In this document: positions 9,401-19,129 of the stretch, piece by piece
How positions within the stretch are numbered: the stretch's first letter is position 1
Layout: each line of letters begins with the position of its first letter
NCBI GenBank assembly: GCA_963836235.1
Contig: CAWIIP010000001.1
Coordinates: 288,001 to 352,000 of the forward strand
Reading direction: 5' to 3'
DNA from: an uncultured Pseudomonadota bacterium
GTDB lineage: Bacteria > Oederibacteriota > Muellerivitia > Muellerivitales > Muellerivitaceae
DNA: 64,000 nucleotides
Position numbers and translations under genes: made by a program
The notes under the pieces: generated by a model
Told to the model about the DNA's origin: nothing
Databases searched by the model: none
Seen by the model: only the letters and a program-made list of their open reading frames with translations

Positions 9401-11976
9401 TCACCAATACTCCGACGATCACATTCACCAATACGAACACGGACGTCATTACCCCTACAATGACCTCGACAGCCACCAAAACGGCTACCTCCACCATCAC
9501 CAATACCCCAACCTCAACTGCCACGGCGACGACCACTTCGACTAATACCAACACTCATACCGTGACCCAGACCGATACCAGTACGCCGAGTAACACGCCT
9601 TCAAACACCAACACACCGACGAATAGCCCCACTGTGGTTCCGACGGCAACGCCCACATCGGTAGCGACCGCGACGACGGTGGCGACGACAAGCGCCCCGC
9701 CGACGGCGACCGTGACGAACACGGTTACGATGATTCCCACGGGCACGGCGACTTCCACGGCGGTGTCCACGGCTACCTCGACGGTTACCTCAACCACGAC
9801 CAACACGAGCACCCAAACCAACAGCGCCACCAGTACAGCCACGAAGACTGTTACCAATACGGCGACCGCCACTGTCACGAGCACGAATAGCGCCACCAAC
9901 ACGGCGACCATTACGCCTACCAATACCCACACGGATGTAATAACTCCCACGATGACGTCTACTCCGACGAACACCGCTACTTCTACCTGGACCAACACGC
10001 CACTTCCCACCAATACAGCGACGAACACGGCGACAGCGACCGCCAGTTCAACGCCGACGAATAGCTATACAGTGACGAATACGACGACGAATACGCCTAC
10101 TCCCACCTTGAGCAATACGGCGACGGCGACCTTCACGGCGACGAATACGTTTACGGTGACCAATACGCCCACGGATACGGCCACCCCGACGCCAAGCCGA
10201 ACGCCTACGGATACCTTCACGGCGACGAATACGGCGACCTTGACTTCGACGGCAACCCCGACAAATACGTTTACGGTGACCAATACGCCGACGGATACCG
10301 CCACTGCCACGCCGAGCCGAACGCCCACGAATACCTTTACCGCGACGAATACGCCGACAATGACCGACACTTTGACGGCAACGAATACGCCCACGAATAC
10401 GGATACGCCGACGAATAGCTATACGGCCACGAACACGAAGACGAATACGCCCACAGCGACCGCTACGAATACCTTCACTGCGACCAATACGCCTACGAAC
10501 ACCGCGACATTCACGAATACCTATACTTTCACGCCATCGTGGACGGTAACGAATACGGCAACGCCAACAAACACAAAGACGCCGACGAATACGGCGACGA
10601 ACACAGCGACGGCGACGGCAAGCTCGACCCCGACGTCGACCTATACCTTTACGTCTACCTATACCTATAGCTACACCCCGACGCCGACCTTTACCTTCAC
10701 ACCAACGCCAGGAGTGAGCATCGTGAAGAAAACCTCGGAAACGGTGGCCCAATCGGGGGATTTGGTGACTTATAGCCTGATCTTGAACGTGGTGGAGGCG
10801 GCGGCCAGTTCGGTGACGGTGAGCGACCAACTGCCGGCGAATATGACTTTCGCGAGCTTCGCGTTGGTCCCGCCGGGTGGAGTGACGAGCGCGGTGGGAA
10901 ATAACTTGAGCTGGACTTTCCCGAGCTTGCCGGTGGGAGCGGTGACGCTGACGTACCAGGCAATAGTGGGTAATCTGTTGCCGGGCGGCACGGTATTGAC
11001 GAACAACGCGCAATTGACCTACGCGGGTAACCCGGTGCCGCAGAAGGCGTCGGTGAGTATCACGGTGGCGGCGATTTATAAGGTGGAAGTGGCGGTGTAT
11101 AATGAGGCGGGAGAGCTGGTGAAGGATATCTGGGTGCAGGAGCTGTCGCAGGAAGTGAAGAGCTTCACGCTGACGGGAGCGACGATCACGAGCCTGGAAG
11201 GGAAGACGTATGTGATGGTGGGCGGGGTGGTGATCGCGTCGTGGGATGGGACGAACCAGTCGGGGACGCCGGTGAGTAACGGTACTTATTACGTGAATGT
11301 GACGAGCACGGACCCGAGCGGAGTGGTGACGAACGTATCGCAGACGGTGACGGTGAGCCGGTCGATCGCGCAGGTGGTGGTGGATGTGTACAACGAGGCG
11401 GGAGAAGTGGTGAAGCATTTGTATAGCTACGCGGATGACCCTGGGAACGTGTCCTTGGGGGAGGTGGCGTTATCGACGGGGATGATCGCGCCGAGGGTTG
11501 GGACGCCGACGCCGGGCGGGGACAATTCAGTGACGATTACGTTCAATGGGACGTCGGTGGTGTGGGATGGAACGAGTGATAACGGGTCGATCGTGACGAA
11601 CGGGGTATATGAGATATCGGTGAACTGGACGAATGGGAGCGGTGGGGAGGAAGTGGTATCAAAGAGCGTGATTGTGCAGAGAGGGAACAGCCCGGTGACG
11701 AACGGGAACGTGTACGCGGCGCCGAACATCCTGAAGGGGACGGACACGACGAAGGTGAAGGTGGAATCGACGACGGACATGACGTTGACGGCGAGTGTGT
11801 ATGACGTGGCGGGAGAATTGGTGAAGAAGCCGGTCACGGGAACCCCAGGGACGAACGAAGTGGACCTGAACCTGTCGGGATTATCCAGCGGCCTTTACAT
11901 CGTGGTGGTGAACTTGAACGATCTCAACGGCACCTTCGTGCAGAAACAAACCACCAAAATTATCATTCAGCGGTAA
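6442..11976 (+). CDS. Giant secreted protein: expansin (EXLX1-like) + two uncharacterised domains + Thr/Pro/Ser linker + DUF11-like + 2 FlgD-Ig-like + C-terminal sorting-like domain
   Basis: Signal peptide MKKIPLVLF... at 6442. Expansin motifs TYY...[42 protein letters not shown] (DUF11-like). [17 protein letters not shown] and [16 protein letters not shown] (FlgD-like). AAPN...LSSGLYIV...KIIIQR C-terminus. Confidence 0.85.
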   Translation: MKKIPLVLFITLSLFASSKLFALPAVTNSTYCPTGGGPTTYTSVATYYTGVYNSPGTGNCGFPSGSYDPNMFAAIDGNTSNDYANGEACGACVAARDTANGTAVTLMIIDNCATCSNAHQLDLSPTAFTDLAGTTVTGQVNITWNFVPCPLSLMTGDPTGNITYQWKSGCSAFYDPIQFMDMLFPIVSVSYATSSGGPFTSLVLGSSGVGGDEYWGPSSGNLNSTSGPFYFDVTDAEGGSVTLGPISVGSCGVTNATTSQLPGCGPTSTPTITLTPTVTMTPTKTNTPGSPTATPVGTNTPTPNPTSSLPGGITATNCSPSGQAAGAQQQQVVLTGPGLNYVMASESCGGAGLTVTLPPGAVPVTAFLWLYYNGPTGDVSTDTETFNGHGLGTGTLAGAATYTGWPQTWVNDRYNLNPGTVGITGSGVYHVSATLGGSDSCQSQSIMVVYQDPAQMATNSAVVVADGSSAWHIEDNGMIAYGAPPPNAGLNWACANLNCSTNETLSMSAIGGNHDCGVANDYDQILSGGATIWKGPSDILDCGNGPDQIAKLRNYEGVLTLPSTSTGITWGFGVSGSTAKTTYWQEALAAQVSCQPLTHCSDAITFNSSPVGGIPQGWITGDAPVSQKTGWVESSSGISQTAGCSGIPSELLDNNIRTGPGTMLVQMQATQYQASGDGLLLDYNNLTGTGYEVSFTNTSPASILFIQNPNDSPTTLGTASVASASATLFSEFWAQVVQTSSCQFIVSYGPTATSLTAAATFTVSGCTTTGMAGFEAGSCSNNNYQSFSWTSGCPATPTPTKTPTNTPTPTPTNTPTPTPTKTTTATTTSSATSTTTASATASATSSTTSTTTKTSTATAVATATSSATASATSSATSSTTASATTTTTKTATASATSSTTSSATASATSSATSSATASATTTTTKTATASATTTATSSATASTTSSATSSATASTTATTTKTATASATASTTNSATASATASATATITNTPTITFTNTNTDVITPTMTSTATKTATSTITNTPTSTATATTTSTNTNTHTVTQTDTSTPSNTPSNTNTPTNSPTVVPTATPTSVATATTVATTSAPPTATVTNTVTMIPTGTATSTAVSTATSTVTSTTTNTSTQTNSATSTATKTVTNTATATVTSTNSATNTATITPTNTHTDVITPTMTSTPTNTATSTWTNTPLPTNTATNTATATASSTPTNSYTVTNTTTNTPTPTLSNTATATFTATNTFTVTNTPTDTATPTPSRTPTDTFTATNTATLTSTATPTNTFTVTNTPTDTATATPSRTPTNTFTATNTPTMTDTLTATNTPTNTDTPTNSYTATNTKTNTPTATATNTFTATNTPTNTATFTNTYTFTPSWTVTNTATPTNTKTPTNTATNTATATASSTPTSTYTFTSTYTYSYTPTPTFTFTPTPGVSIVKKTSETVAQSGDLVTYSLILNVVEAAASSVTVSDQLPANMTFASFALVPPGGVTSAVGNNLSWTFPSLPVGAVTLTYQAIVGNLLPGGTVLTNNAQLTYAGNPVPQKASVSITVAAIYKVEVAVYNEAGELVKDIWVQELSQEVKSFTLTGATITSLEGKTYVMVGGVVIASWDGTNQSGTPVSNGTYYVNVTSTDPSGVVTNVSQTVTVSRSIAQVVVDVYNEAGEVVKHLYSYADDPGNVSLGEVALSTGMIAPRVGTPTPGGDNSVTITFNGTSVVWDGTSDNGSIVTNGVYEISVNWTNGSGGEEVVSKSVIVQRGNSPVTNGNVYAAPNILKGTDTTKVKVESTTDMTLTASVYDVAGELVKKPVTGTPGTNEVDLNLSGLSSGLYIVVVNLNDLNGTFVQKQTTKIIIQR
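8821..10710 (+). repeat. Low-complexity Thr/Ala/Ser/Pro/Asn coding repeat with 108-bp and 120-bp internal duplications
   Basis: ACGAGTTCGGCGACTTC recurs at 9055, 9163 and 9271 (period 108). AATACGTTTACGGTGACCAATACGCC recurs at ~10144 and ~10264 (period 120). Confidence 0.85.
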
Positions 11977-12006
11977 AGCTCACCTACCTTAATCAAAACA
12001 AGAGAT

Positions 12007-12031
12007 TTTCGCCTGAAAGGGCGAAACATTT
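12007..12031 (+). terminator. Possible terminator hairpin after the giant gene
   Basis: TTTCGCCT-GAAA-GGGCGAAA stem-loop with only a weak U tract. Confidence 0.4.
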
Positions 12032-12235
12032 ATCCGATCAAAACCAAGCCTAAATCCGGCTTGAATTATTTGATCCCGCCAGAACCCGTGCGGATTCCCC
12101 GTCGATAATTTCAAATTAAAGCAGGCTTTTCATTTTAAAAGGGACCTTTAAAGTAACGGGACCGTCCCCTAAAATCGTTTATCGACTGAGGTTATATTTT
12201 ATTTCGGTACCATGATTCAACTAACGGGGTGACGG

Positions 12236-13381
12236 ATGGAATCGGTTAAAAAGGATCTGGTGGCGTGGATGCGGGATGAAGCTTTGCCTCTATGGGCTTC
12301 CAGGGGCGTGGACCGGGAATATGGCGGTTTTATTGAGGAACTCAATCAGGACGGTAGCCCCTCCGGCGTGGCCTTCAAGCGGGTTCGGGTCCAGGGACGG
12401 CAGCTTTTTTCCTTCGCTACCGCCGCGATTTTGGGTTGGCATAAGGACGCGGGAGCCATCGCCGAACAGGGCTATGACTATCTCAAATCCAAATGCCGTG
12501 CCCAAGATGGGTATTGGGTCAAGCGACTTTCACGAGATGGCTCCATTCTAGACGCCGAGCTCGATCTCTATGACACTGCCTTTATCGTGCTGGGATTGGC
12601 GACCTATTACCGCCTGACCCGGGACCGGGAAGCGCTCGGATTGATCGAGTCTACCCTCCCCATGGTCCAAACAAGGCTCGCCACCTCCTCCGTCAATGGT
12701 TATCGGCAATTGGCCGGCGACAGGGATGTACTGCGGCAAAACCCGAACATGCACTGGTTCGAGGCGATGCTTTTTTGCTTTGATACAACGCATGATCAGC
12801 GTTTTCTTGACGAAGCGAAGCATATCTATAGCCGAATGGAAGAGTCGGTCATCGACCCCAAAACCGGGGCCCTGCGCGAGCTATTTGACAACCAATGGAA
12901 GCCTGTCTTGGAGGGCGGCAAGCTTTTGCTTGAGCCCGGGCATCATTATGAATGGTCCTGGCTTCTCTCCCGGGCCGCCAACAAGATTTCGGTCAATCCC
13001 GCCCTCATCCAGAAAATCCTCGGTTTCGCCGACCGGTTCGGGGTTAATCCCGCCACCGGGCTGGTTTATGACCAAGTCAGCGGGGACGGCCAGGTGACCC
13101 AAGCCACCCACCGGCTCTGGGTGCAAACGGAAGCCCTTAAGGCCTGGTTGGTGCGCAAAGACGTGAAGGAGTTCGACCGGGAGCGCCGGATAAGTGAAAT
13201 GGAGAACAATCTTTTGCGACACTATTTCGCCCGTGAGCCCATGGGCTCCTGGTGCGACCGATTGGACGCGGATGGAAGGGTCCATGACGGCCCGATCCCC
13301 GCCAGCTCCATGTACCACGTCCTGATGTGCGTCGTTGAGCTTTGGGCCTGGCGTTCGGCCCGGGAAAACACGGGGAAATAA
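12236..13381 (+). CDS. AGE-family epimerase/isomerase (mannose-6-phosphate isomerase type III-like)
   Basis: RVQGRQLFSF, DLYDTAF, QNPNMHWFEA, EPGHHYEWSWLL, LWVQTE, YH motifs. Confidence 0.85.
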   Translation: MESVKKDLVAWMRDEALPLWASRGVDREYGGFIEELNQDGSPSGVAFKRVRVQGRQLFSFATAAILGWHKDAGAIAEQGYDYLKSKCRAQDGYWVKRLSRDGSILDAELDLYDTAFIVLGLATYYRLTRDREALGLIESTLPMVQTRLATSSVNGYRQLAGDRDVLRQNPNMHWFEAMLFCFDTTHDQRFLDEAKHIYSRMEESVIDPKTGALRELFDNQWKPVLEGGKLLLEPGHHYEWSWLLSRAANKISVNPALIQKILGFADRFGVNPATGLVYDQVSGDGQVTQATHRLWVQTEALKAWLVRKDVKEFDRERRISEMENNLLRHYFAREPMGSWCDRLDADGRVHDGPIPASSMYHVLMCVVELWAWRSARENTGK

Positions 13382-13422
13382 AAGGGGTAAAGGCCGGTCT
13401 TTTTCCTGAACCCGATTTTATA

Positions 13423-14367
13423 TTAAGTTTCCCAGTGCTCCATAACCGCGGCGCAAAGACTCGCCTTATCGCCGATGGTTTCGCCCAACTCCGAAGGAAC
13501 AATCCTGCAAATAGACTGGGATCGGGCCAGGGCCTCCTGGCGGATGACCTGAAGGGCCGCCGGGCGGAAGAAACCTTCATTTCTTGAATAGATGCCGCCG
13601 AGGACGATCCTCTCGGGATTCAAAAGATCGATCAGGATGGACAAGCCCATTCCCAGGTATCGTCCGCTGGTTTGAAGAATCGCTCGGGAGGCTTTATCTC
13701 CACGCTTCGCCGCCTCGCAGAGTTCCTTGGCGCTCACTGCCCGGCCGCCGGTTTTTTCCGCCATTCGGGCGAGGCCGCCCCCGCTACAGAAACCCTCGAA
13801 CGAGCCTTTCTTTCCATAACCCAGCGGCCCATTGGCTGCCAGGCGGATGTGGCCGGCCTCGCCCGCCATGTCGTTGGAGCCGCGGTAAAGGCGGCCGTCC
13901 AGGATAAGTCCCGCGCCCAAGCCGGTGCCAAAGGTGAGAAAGATCATGTTCCGGCATCCCCGGCCCGCACCGAATTTCCATTCGGCCACGGCGCAGGCGT
14001 TGGCATCGTTTTCAAGCCGGACCGGGCATTGGAGTTTACTCCGGAGTAGGCGGACGATGGGAACCCTCTTCCAACCGGGTAGGTTTGGGGGGGAGAGAAT
14101 AAGTCCTTCGCGGCTATCCAAGGGACCGCCACAACTGACTCCTGCCTTATGAATGGACTCGGGTTTAATACCGTTGTAGGCGGTGATTCTATCGATGCCG
14201 TCAAAAAGTTCTTTCAGGACCATTTTCCATCTTCTGCGCGGTTGGGTGGGGAAGGAAAGCCGGTCGACAATCCGCAACTTCGCGTCACCCAATACAACGG
14301 CGCACTTGGTCCCGCCGATGTCCAGGCCCACGATCCATTTTTTTCTATTAGGATGTTTTGTCACCAT
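13423..14367 (-). CDS. ROK-family sugar kinase
   Basis: GLDIGGTK, ENDANACAVAE, FGTGLGAG, AGEAGH motifs. Confidence 0.92.
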   Translation of the reverse strand: MVTKHPNRKKWIVGLDIGGTKCAVVLGDAKLRIVDRLSFPTQPRRRWKMVLKELFDGIDRITAYNGIKPESIHKAGVSCGGPLDSREGLILSPPNLPGWKRVPIVRLLRSKLQCPVRLENDANACAVAEWKFGAGRGCRNMIFLTFGTGLGAGLILDGRLYRGSNDMAGEAGHIRLAANGPLGYGKKGSFEGFCSGGGLARMAEKTGGRAVSAKELCEAAKRGDKASRAILQTSGRYLGMGLSILIDLLNPERIVLGGIYSRNEGFFRPAALQVIRQEALARSQSICRIVPSELGETIGDKASLCAAVMEHWET

Positions 14368-14491
14368 GATGTCATCCTACCATGGCAGAACTGGTAGGGG
14401 GAAAACGGCACAAAGGCGGCGGGGGAATGACTTTTCAAACCACAGGCCTTTATGATGCAGCTCATTAAGTCGTCCTCCCAAAAATGGTATA

Positions 14492-15649
14492 TTGCCTTCC
14501 ATTTTTGAAAGTCTAGAAACTCGCCCGGCCGCGAGGGATACCATCCCTATTCAGGAAAGTTACGTGAATTCGACCAACAAAAAAACGCTTGTGGCCGCTT
14601 CCTTGATACTTTTTGGAATGATGGTGCTGGCATTGGCCGCGGCGCTTTTGACCGACTTTTCCAAGCTCGGGGAGGTCTTCCGTCATTTGGAATGGGGTCC
14701 ATTCCTTTTGGCTCTTTTTTCCACAGGCTCAGCTTATCTGGCCTCCGCCCTGTCTTTTCGGGTGCTTTTCGGCCTGACACCCTACCGGGTACCTTTTTCC
14801 CGTTTTTTTCCTATCATGTTCATATCGGATACGGTCAACTTCATTATTTCGTCCGGTGGAATGTCGAGTATCGCCAATCGCGCTTTTCTGCTCAAACAAG
14901 AAAAAGTTCCTTATTCGGTTTCGATCCCGCTGTCGCTGGTGCAAAACCTGGTATTTAATTTAGTCCTTTCCGGCGTTTGTCTGGGCGGTCTGGCCTATCT
15001 TCACGGCCACCCCGAAATGGTGGGCGCGCCGAAACAAATGGCGCTGTTGTCGTTCATGGCGGGGCTTTTGGCTGTCATGGCGGGAATGGTTTTGATCTTC
15101 TTTCACCGGGGTTTCCGCCGCTGGGTTTTGGGCCAAATCCTCCGCGCGGGCCATGGGATAAGCCGGATAATTTCGAGCGCGAAAATCGACGATCGGCAAT
15201 GGGAAGAAGCCCTTGACCAAGTGGAATCCACCCTGGATATTTTGCGCCAAGGCCGGGTCCAGCTACTGCTGGTTTTTTTCTGGGTTAGCTTGAACTGGTG
15301 CCTGATGGCCCTGACTTTTTATTTTTGCTTTCACGCGGTAGGGTTGGACCTGCATCTGGGCCTGCTTTTGGTTGGCTTCACGGTGATGTTCTTGTCGTCC
15401 AATGTCAATCCGGTACCCGCCGGGCTCGGGGTGAGCGAATCCCTCTTGGCCTTTATCTTTAAGTTACTGGGGGTGGGTTTTGAGGAAACCCTTGTGGCGG
15501 CCATTCTCTTCCGGCTGGTTTACTACCTGATTCCCCTAGCGATTTCTGCGGTTCTCTATTTGGATGCTTTGCGGTTGCTCCTAAAGCCGCGGCCGGAGGA
15601 AGGCTTTTATGATCCGGCCCATGAAGTTCCCGAAAAGAAAATGATATAG
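14492..15649 (+). CDS. Lysylphosphatidylglycerol synthase TM-domain / flippase-like membrane protein
   Basis: Multiple TMs, PAGLGVSE and LFRLVYYLIP motifs. Start uncertain. Confidence 0.8.
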   Translation: MPSIFESLETRPAARDTIPIQESYVNSTNKKTLVAASLILFGMMVLALAAALLTDFSKLGEVFRHLEWGPFLLALFSTGSAYLASALSFRVLFGLTPYRVPFSRFFPIMFISDTVNFIISSGGMSSIANRAFLLKQEKVPYSVSIPLSLVQNLVFNLVLSGVCLGGLAYLHGHPEMVGAPKQMALLSFMAGLLAVMAGMVLIFFHRGFRRWVLGQILRAGHGISRIISSAKIDDRQWEEALDQVESTLDILRQGRVQLLLVFFWVSLNWCLMALTFYFCFHAVGLDLHLGLLLVGFTVMFLSSNVNPVPAGLGVSESLLAFIFKLLGVGFEETLVAAILFRLVYYLIPLAISAVLYLDALRLLLKPRPEEGFYDPAHEVPEKKMI

Positions 15650-15705
15650 TGAGCCTGGGTAAAGGGATAAAAAGAAAAATTCAGTGTTTCACGGAAAGGG
15701 ATGCT

Positions 15706-16620
15706 ATGAGTTTTTTGAGCGAGTGTGAAATGGGCCTCGGCACCTGGGCTTGGGGAAAGGGCAAGGTTTGGGGTTATGGGCAGGGTTATGACGGCAAAGA
15801 CCTGAAGGAAACCTTCCAGGCGGCTCTGAATTCCGGCATCCAACTGTTCGATACGGCGGAAGTTTATGGAGAGGGTGAATCGGAAAGCTTTTTGGGCCAG
15901 TTCCTTGGGGAAATAAAACCCGGAAATATCCACATTGCCACCAAGTTTGCCCCCATGCCTTGGCGGGTCAGCACTTCGCGATTATTGAAAGCCCTGCGGG
16001 CCAGCCTGTCTCGGCTGGGGTTGAAATCCGTGGACCTTTACCAGATGCACTGGCCCAGCCCGCCCCGTTCCATTAAGGCTTGGATGGAGCCCATGGCTCA
16101 AGCGGTCAAGGAAGGGTTAACAAAAGAAGTCGGCGTTTCCAATTTTTCCCGGAACCAGATGCTTCGGGCCCAGGAGGCCTTGTCCGCCTTCGGCGTTCCC
16201 CTGGCCTCCAACCAGATGCAGTACAGCCTGGTTCGTCGCAAAAACGACCTCAATGGCTTGATGGAGGAATGTCAAAAATCGAAAATTCGCTTCATCGCCT
16301 ATAGCCCTTTGGGAATGGGCATGCTTTCGGGCAAGTACTCTCCCCAAAACCCGCCTTCGGGCCCCCGTCGGCTTTTTTTCTTCGGTCAATTGGGCCGCAT
16401 TCAAACCCTTGTTGGGAAACTGAAGGAAATAGGAGCGGCCCAGGGTGGAAAAACCGTCAACCAAGTGGCCTTGAACTGGATATTGTGTAAAGGGGCCCTC
16501 CCCATTCCTGGCGCCAAAACCGCCGCCCAGGCGAGGGAAAACGCAGGCGCTATGGGGTGGCGTCTGAATCCGACCCAGGTGGAAGCCTTGGATGAGGCGA
16601 GCCGGTTTTTCAAGGGTTGA
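15706..16620 (+). CDS. Aldo/keto reductase
   Basis: GLGTWAWG, FDTAEVYG, DLYQMHWP, GVSNF, AYSPLG, PIPGAK motifs. Confidence 0.93.
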   Translation: MSFLSECEMGLGTWAWGKGKVWGYGQGYDGKDLKETFQAALNSGIQLFDTAEVYGEGESESFLGQFLGEIKPGNIHIATKFAPMPWRVSTSRLLKALRASLSRLGLKSVDLYQMHWPSPPRSIKAWMEPMAQAVKEGLTKEVGVSNFSRNQMLRAQEALSAFGVPLASNQMQYSLVRRKNDLNGLMEECQKSKIRFIAYSPLGMGMLSGKYSPQNPPSGPRRLFFFGQLGRIQTLVGKLKEIGAAQGGKTVNQVALNWILCKGALPIPGAKTAAQARENAGAMGWRLNPTQVEALDEASRFFKG

Positions 16621-16640
16621 ACCGAGGGGACTTCCAAAAT

Positions 16641-17720
16641 CTATTTTCCGTTGTTCCGGCAGGCTTCTTTCCATAATTGGACCAAAGCGCTCCACAAACT
16701 TTTTCGGCGCGCCAAACCCAGGGGGGTGTTGGGGGGAAGTTCCCGCGTCAACCTCCGGTGGGCCTCACCCAGCGAGTGATAGGGCAAGGCGGGGAAGAGA
16801 TGGTGGGTGGCATGGTACCGAAGGCCGACCGGCGCCCAGAGGGCCGTCAGGAAAAGATGGCCGGGGATGTCGGTGGAGTCCAGGATTTGTTCCTCAAAAC
16901 TCATCACATGGTCAGCGGGATTGCGGTCGCAATGGGCGGCCAGGCTCCTCACGCTGTTGGCCACCAAAATAAAAACCGCCAAGAGATACCAAAAAAGAAG
17001 GACTTTCCAGGGAAGAAGTCCCTTAACCATCAAAATAAAACTGGCCGCAAGGATTGCGAAAGTCAAGAATTCCTGTATTCCCGCCGTTCTTTTCTCTTTT
17101 TCCGAGGGAAGGGGACGCCGGTAACTGCCCCCAGCCGCCAGGGAAGAGCCCAGCACCCAAAGAGGTTCGCGCAGGGGTGGGAGGATATAGGAGAGGGGCG
17201 CTAAAACCAGGAAGCGGAAGAGAAAGAAAGCCGGCGCCACCAACATGGTCAGGGGAAACAGGAATATCCGGTAGGGTTTTGCCAGAGCAAAAGCGAAGTA
17301 CTCAGGATCGTCCTTGGTTCCGTAGACCTGAGTTTTGTGGTGTTCGGTATGGACCCCCAGGTAAAGAAAAGAAGGCAGCGTTAGGGGAAAACCGCAGATC
17401 AGGTTCCAAACCCAGAGGAAAATCCGGAAAGTTCCCTTTTTGAGATGGGACAACTCGTGGACAAAGAGAACAGCCCGGTACAAAGAAAAACCGGCCACCA
17501 AAAAAGCGGAAAACTGAAAAAGAGAGAAATCCCTGGCCCTCACGGCCAGGACGAAAGCGGTCCAACCCGAAAAATCGTAAAACAAAAAATCCGCCCAATA
17601 GATAAGTGGATTCGGTTCAAAGAGGTCTTGGACAATCCTTTTGGCCTCGGCCATGGGGAAAGGGATGGTTGGGTTTTCTTCCACAGGGCCTCCGGGGTCC
17701 CTTAACTTAAACAAGTTCAC
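16641..17720 (-). CDS. Membrane fatty-acid desaturase family protein
   Basis: His boxes HELSH, HTEHH and YHATHH plus TM segments. Confidence 0.88.
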   Translation of the reverse strand: MNLFKLRDPGGPVEENPTIPFPMAEAKRIVQDLFEPNPLIYWADFLFYDFSGWTAFVLAVRARDFSLFQFSAFLVAGFSLYRAVLFVHELSHLKKGTFRIFLWVWNLICGFPLTLPSFLYLGVHTEHHKTQVYGTKDDPEYFAFALAKPYRIFLFPLTMLVAPAFFLFRFLVLAPLSYILPPLREPLWVLGSSLAAGGSYRRPLPSEKEKRTAGIQEFLTFAILAASFILMVKGLLPWKVLLFWYLLAVFILVANSVRSLAAHCDRNPADHVMSFEEQILDSTDIPGHLFLTALWAPVGLRYHATHHLFPALPYHSLGEAHRRLTRELPPNTPLGLARRKSLWSALVQLWKEACRNNGK

Positions 17721-17811
17721 TTTCTGCGACTATGAGATAGCTCATAGAGCCCCTTCAAATAACGAACCTAATTTGAGTTTTAGGCTTTGAATTATGATGA
17801 GAAATTTTCCT

Positions 17812-17859
17812 TTGACAATTCGGGCCCATTCGTTTAAATTGATAATGATTATCAATATC
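17812..17859 (+). promoter_or_regulatory. Sigma70 promoter with Fur box
   Basis: TTGACA (17812-17817), 17 bp, TAAATT (17835-17840), followed immediately by GATAATGATTATCAATATC (17841-17859), 17/19 to the classical GATAATGATAATCATTATC. Confidence 0.8.
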
Positions 17860-17959
17860 ATAAATAAACAAAGTTATTTAACGTCGGTTCTTAATTTGGG
17901 CTTGGAAGATCGTGATTATCCCCCGACTCATGTCGGGGAAAAAAAATAGGGAGGATTTT

Positions 17960-18736
17960 ATGTTGAAATTGAGATTGAGGAAAGCCGTATGTTTTATTTT
18001 ATTGGCGCTTTTATGGGTTCCTGTTTTCGGGGCGGATCGGCATTTTATTTATAACTATGAATCCAATAACCTCGGACCGGGGGAAAGGGACCTGGAAACC
18101 TACACCTGGTACCTCTGGGGGCGCAATTCCTTTTATTCGGCCATGAATCAAAGTATTGAATTTGAAACCGGCTTGGACGTGGGCCTCCAAACCTCCTTAT
18201 ATCTCAATTTCACCCAGCAATATGTCGATCAGGGAAACGGGCCCCAATTGTCGGGGCCGGTCTTGGACGGCATTTCCAACGAATGGAAGTTCAAATTGAT
18301 GGATAGCGCCGCGGATGCGTTTGGCTTGGGTCTTTACTTCGAGCCCGAATTTGAGCCGGACGATTTCGAACTGGAAACGAAAGTCATTGTGGACAAAAAC
18401 ATGGGTTCATGGCTCTGGACTTTTAACCTGCTTGCCGAACCTACTTTTGATTACACGGATACCAACGAATCTTTCTTGTTGAGGCCCTCCCTGGGCGTGG
18501 GATGTTCCCTGTCTGATAGCGTTTTTGTCGGTTTTGAAGCTATGGACCAAAATTTTTATGATGACCAGCCAATGCGGTCGGTTCTCTCCATGGGACCTTG
18601 CTTTCAGTATTCGGGGAAGAACTGGTGGGTCGAACTTTGTTTCTTGCCTCAGTTGGCCAATATCGGAAGCCCCACGTTGGATTTTACCGACAGCCAGCGG
18701 GATCAAATCGCGGTAGCGAGCTCCTTTGATTTATAA
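17960..18736 (+). CDS. Outer-membrane beta-barrel protein (DUF6662-like)
   Basis: GGAGG RBS, signal peptide, EFETGL, EWKFKL, GLGLYFEPEF...ELETKVIVDK strands. Confidence 0.65.
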   Translation: MLKLRLRKAVCFILLALLWVPVFGADRHFIYNYESNNLGPGERDLETYTWYLWGRNSFYSAMNQSIEFETGLDVGLQTSLYLNFTQQYVDQGNGPQLSGPVLDGISNEWKFKLMDSAADAFGLGLYFEPEFEPDDFELETKVIVDKNMGSWLWTFNLLAEPTFDYTDTNESFLLRPSLGVGCSLSDSVFVGFEAMDQNFYDDQPMRSVLSMGPCFQYSGKNWWVELCFLPQLANIGSPTLDFTDSQRDQIAVASSFDL

Positions 18737-18796
18737 AATTCGCGAACGGGCTGCAAGGTTCATTTTTTACGAAAATTTCAGCAAAAGGAAAATCTC

Positions 18797-19129
18797 ATGA
18801 AGAAAAGTTATTGGCTTACGGTGGTGGCCCTCTTAAGCCTCACGCTCATTTGGGCCTGCGCGCCCCTGCTACCTTATCCGACGGGGGAGGGGTTATCGCG
18901 GATCCAGGCCGAAAGGCCGAACCTTACCCTTCAAGACCTGGAAATAGGCCGCCGGTTTTATGCCGACCATTGCGCCAATTGCCATCGGCTGCATATCCCT
19001 TCGGAAAAGACCGCCAAGGACTGGAAGAAGACGGTCGCGAGAATGCAGGAAAGGGCCAAAATCGATGATGCCACCAGCGATTCGATTCTGGCCTATCTGG
19101 TGGCCATGAATGGGAAGGCGAAAAATTAA
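18797..19129 (+). CDS. Small monoheme c-type cytochrome lipoprotein
   Basis: Lipobox-like IWAC, heme motif CANCH, W...V..M distal Met candidate. Confidence 0.85.
   Translation: MKKSYWLTVVALLSLTLIWACAPLLPYPTGEGLSRIQAERPNLTLQDLEIGRRFYADHCANCHRLHIPSEKTAKDWKKTVARMQERAKIDDATSDSILAYLVAMNGKAKN

Noticed and set aside
8821-10710. Regularly spaced repeats as a possible CRISPR array
   Set aside because: Repeats are in-frame coding duplications without unique spacers, and there are no cas genes in the window.
8762-11837. Long alternative-frame and antisense ORFs (233, 253, 157, 456, 136 aa) over the giant gene
   Set aside because: Shadow frames produced by low-complexity, biased codons (poly-Val/Arg/His translations). 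No independent protein motifs.
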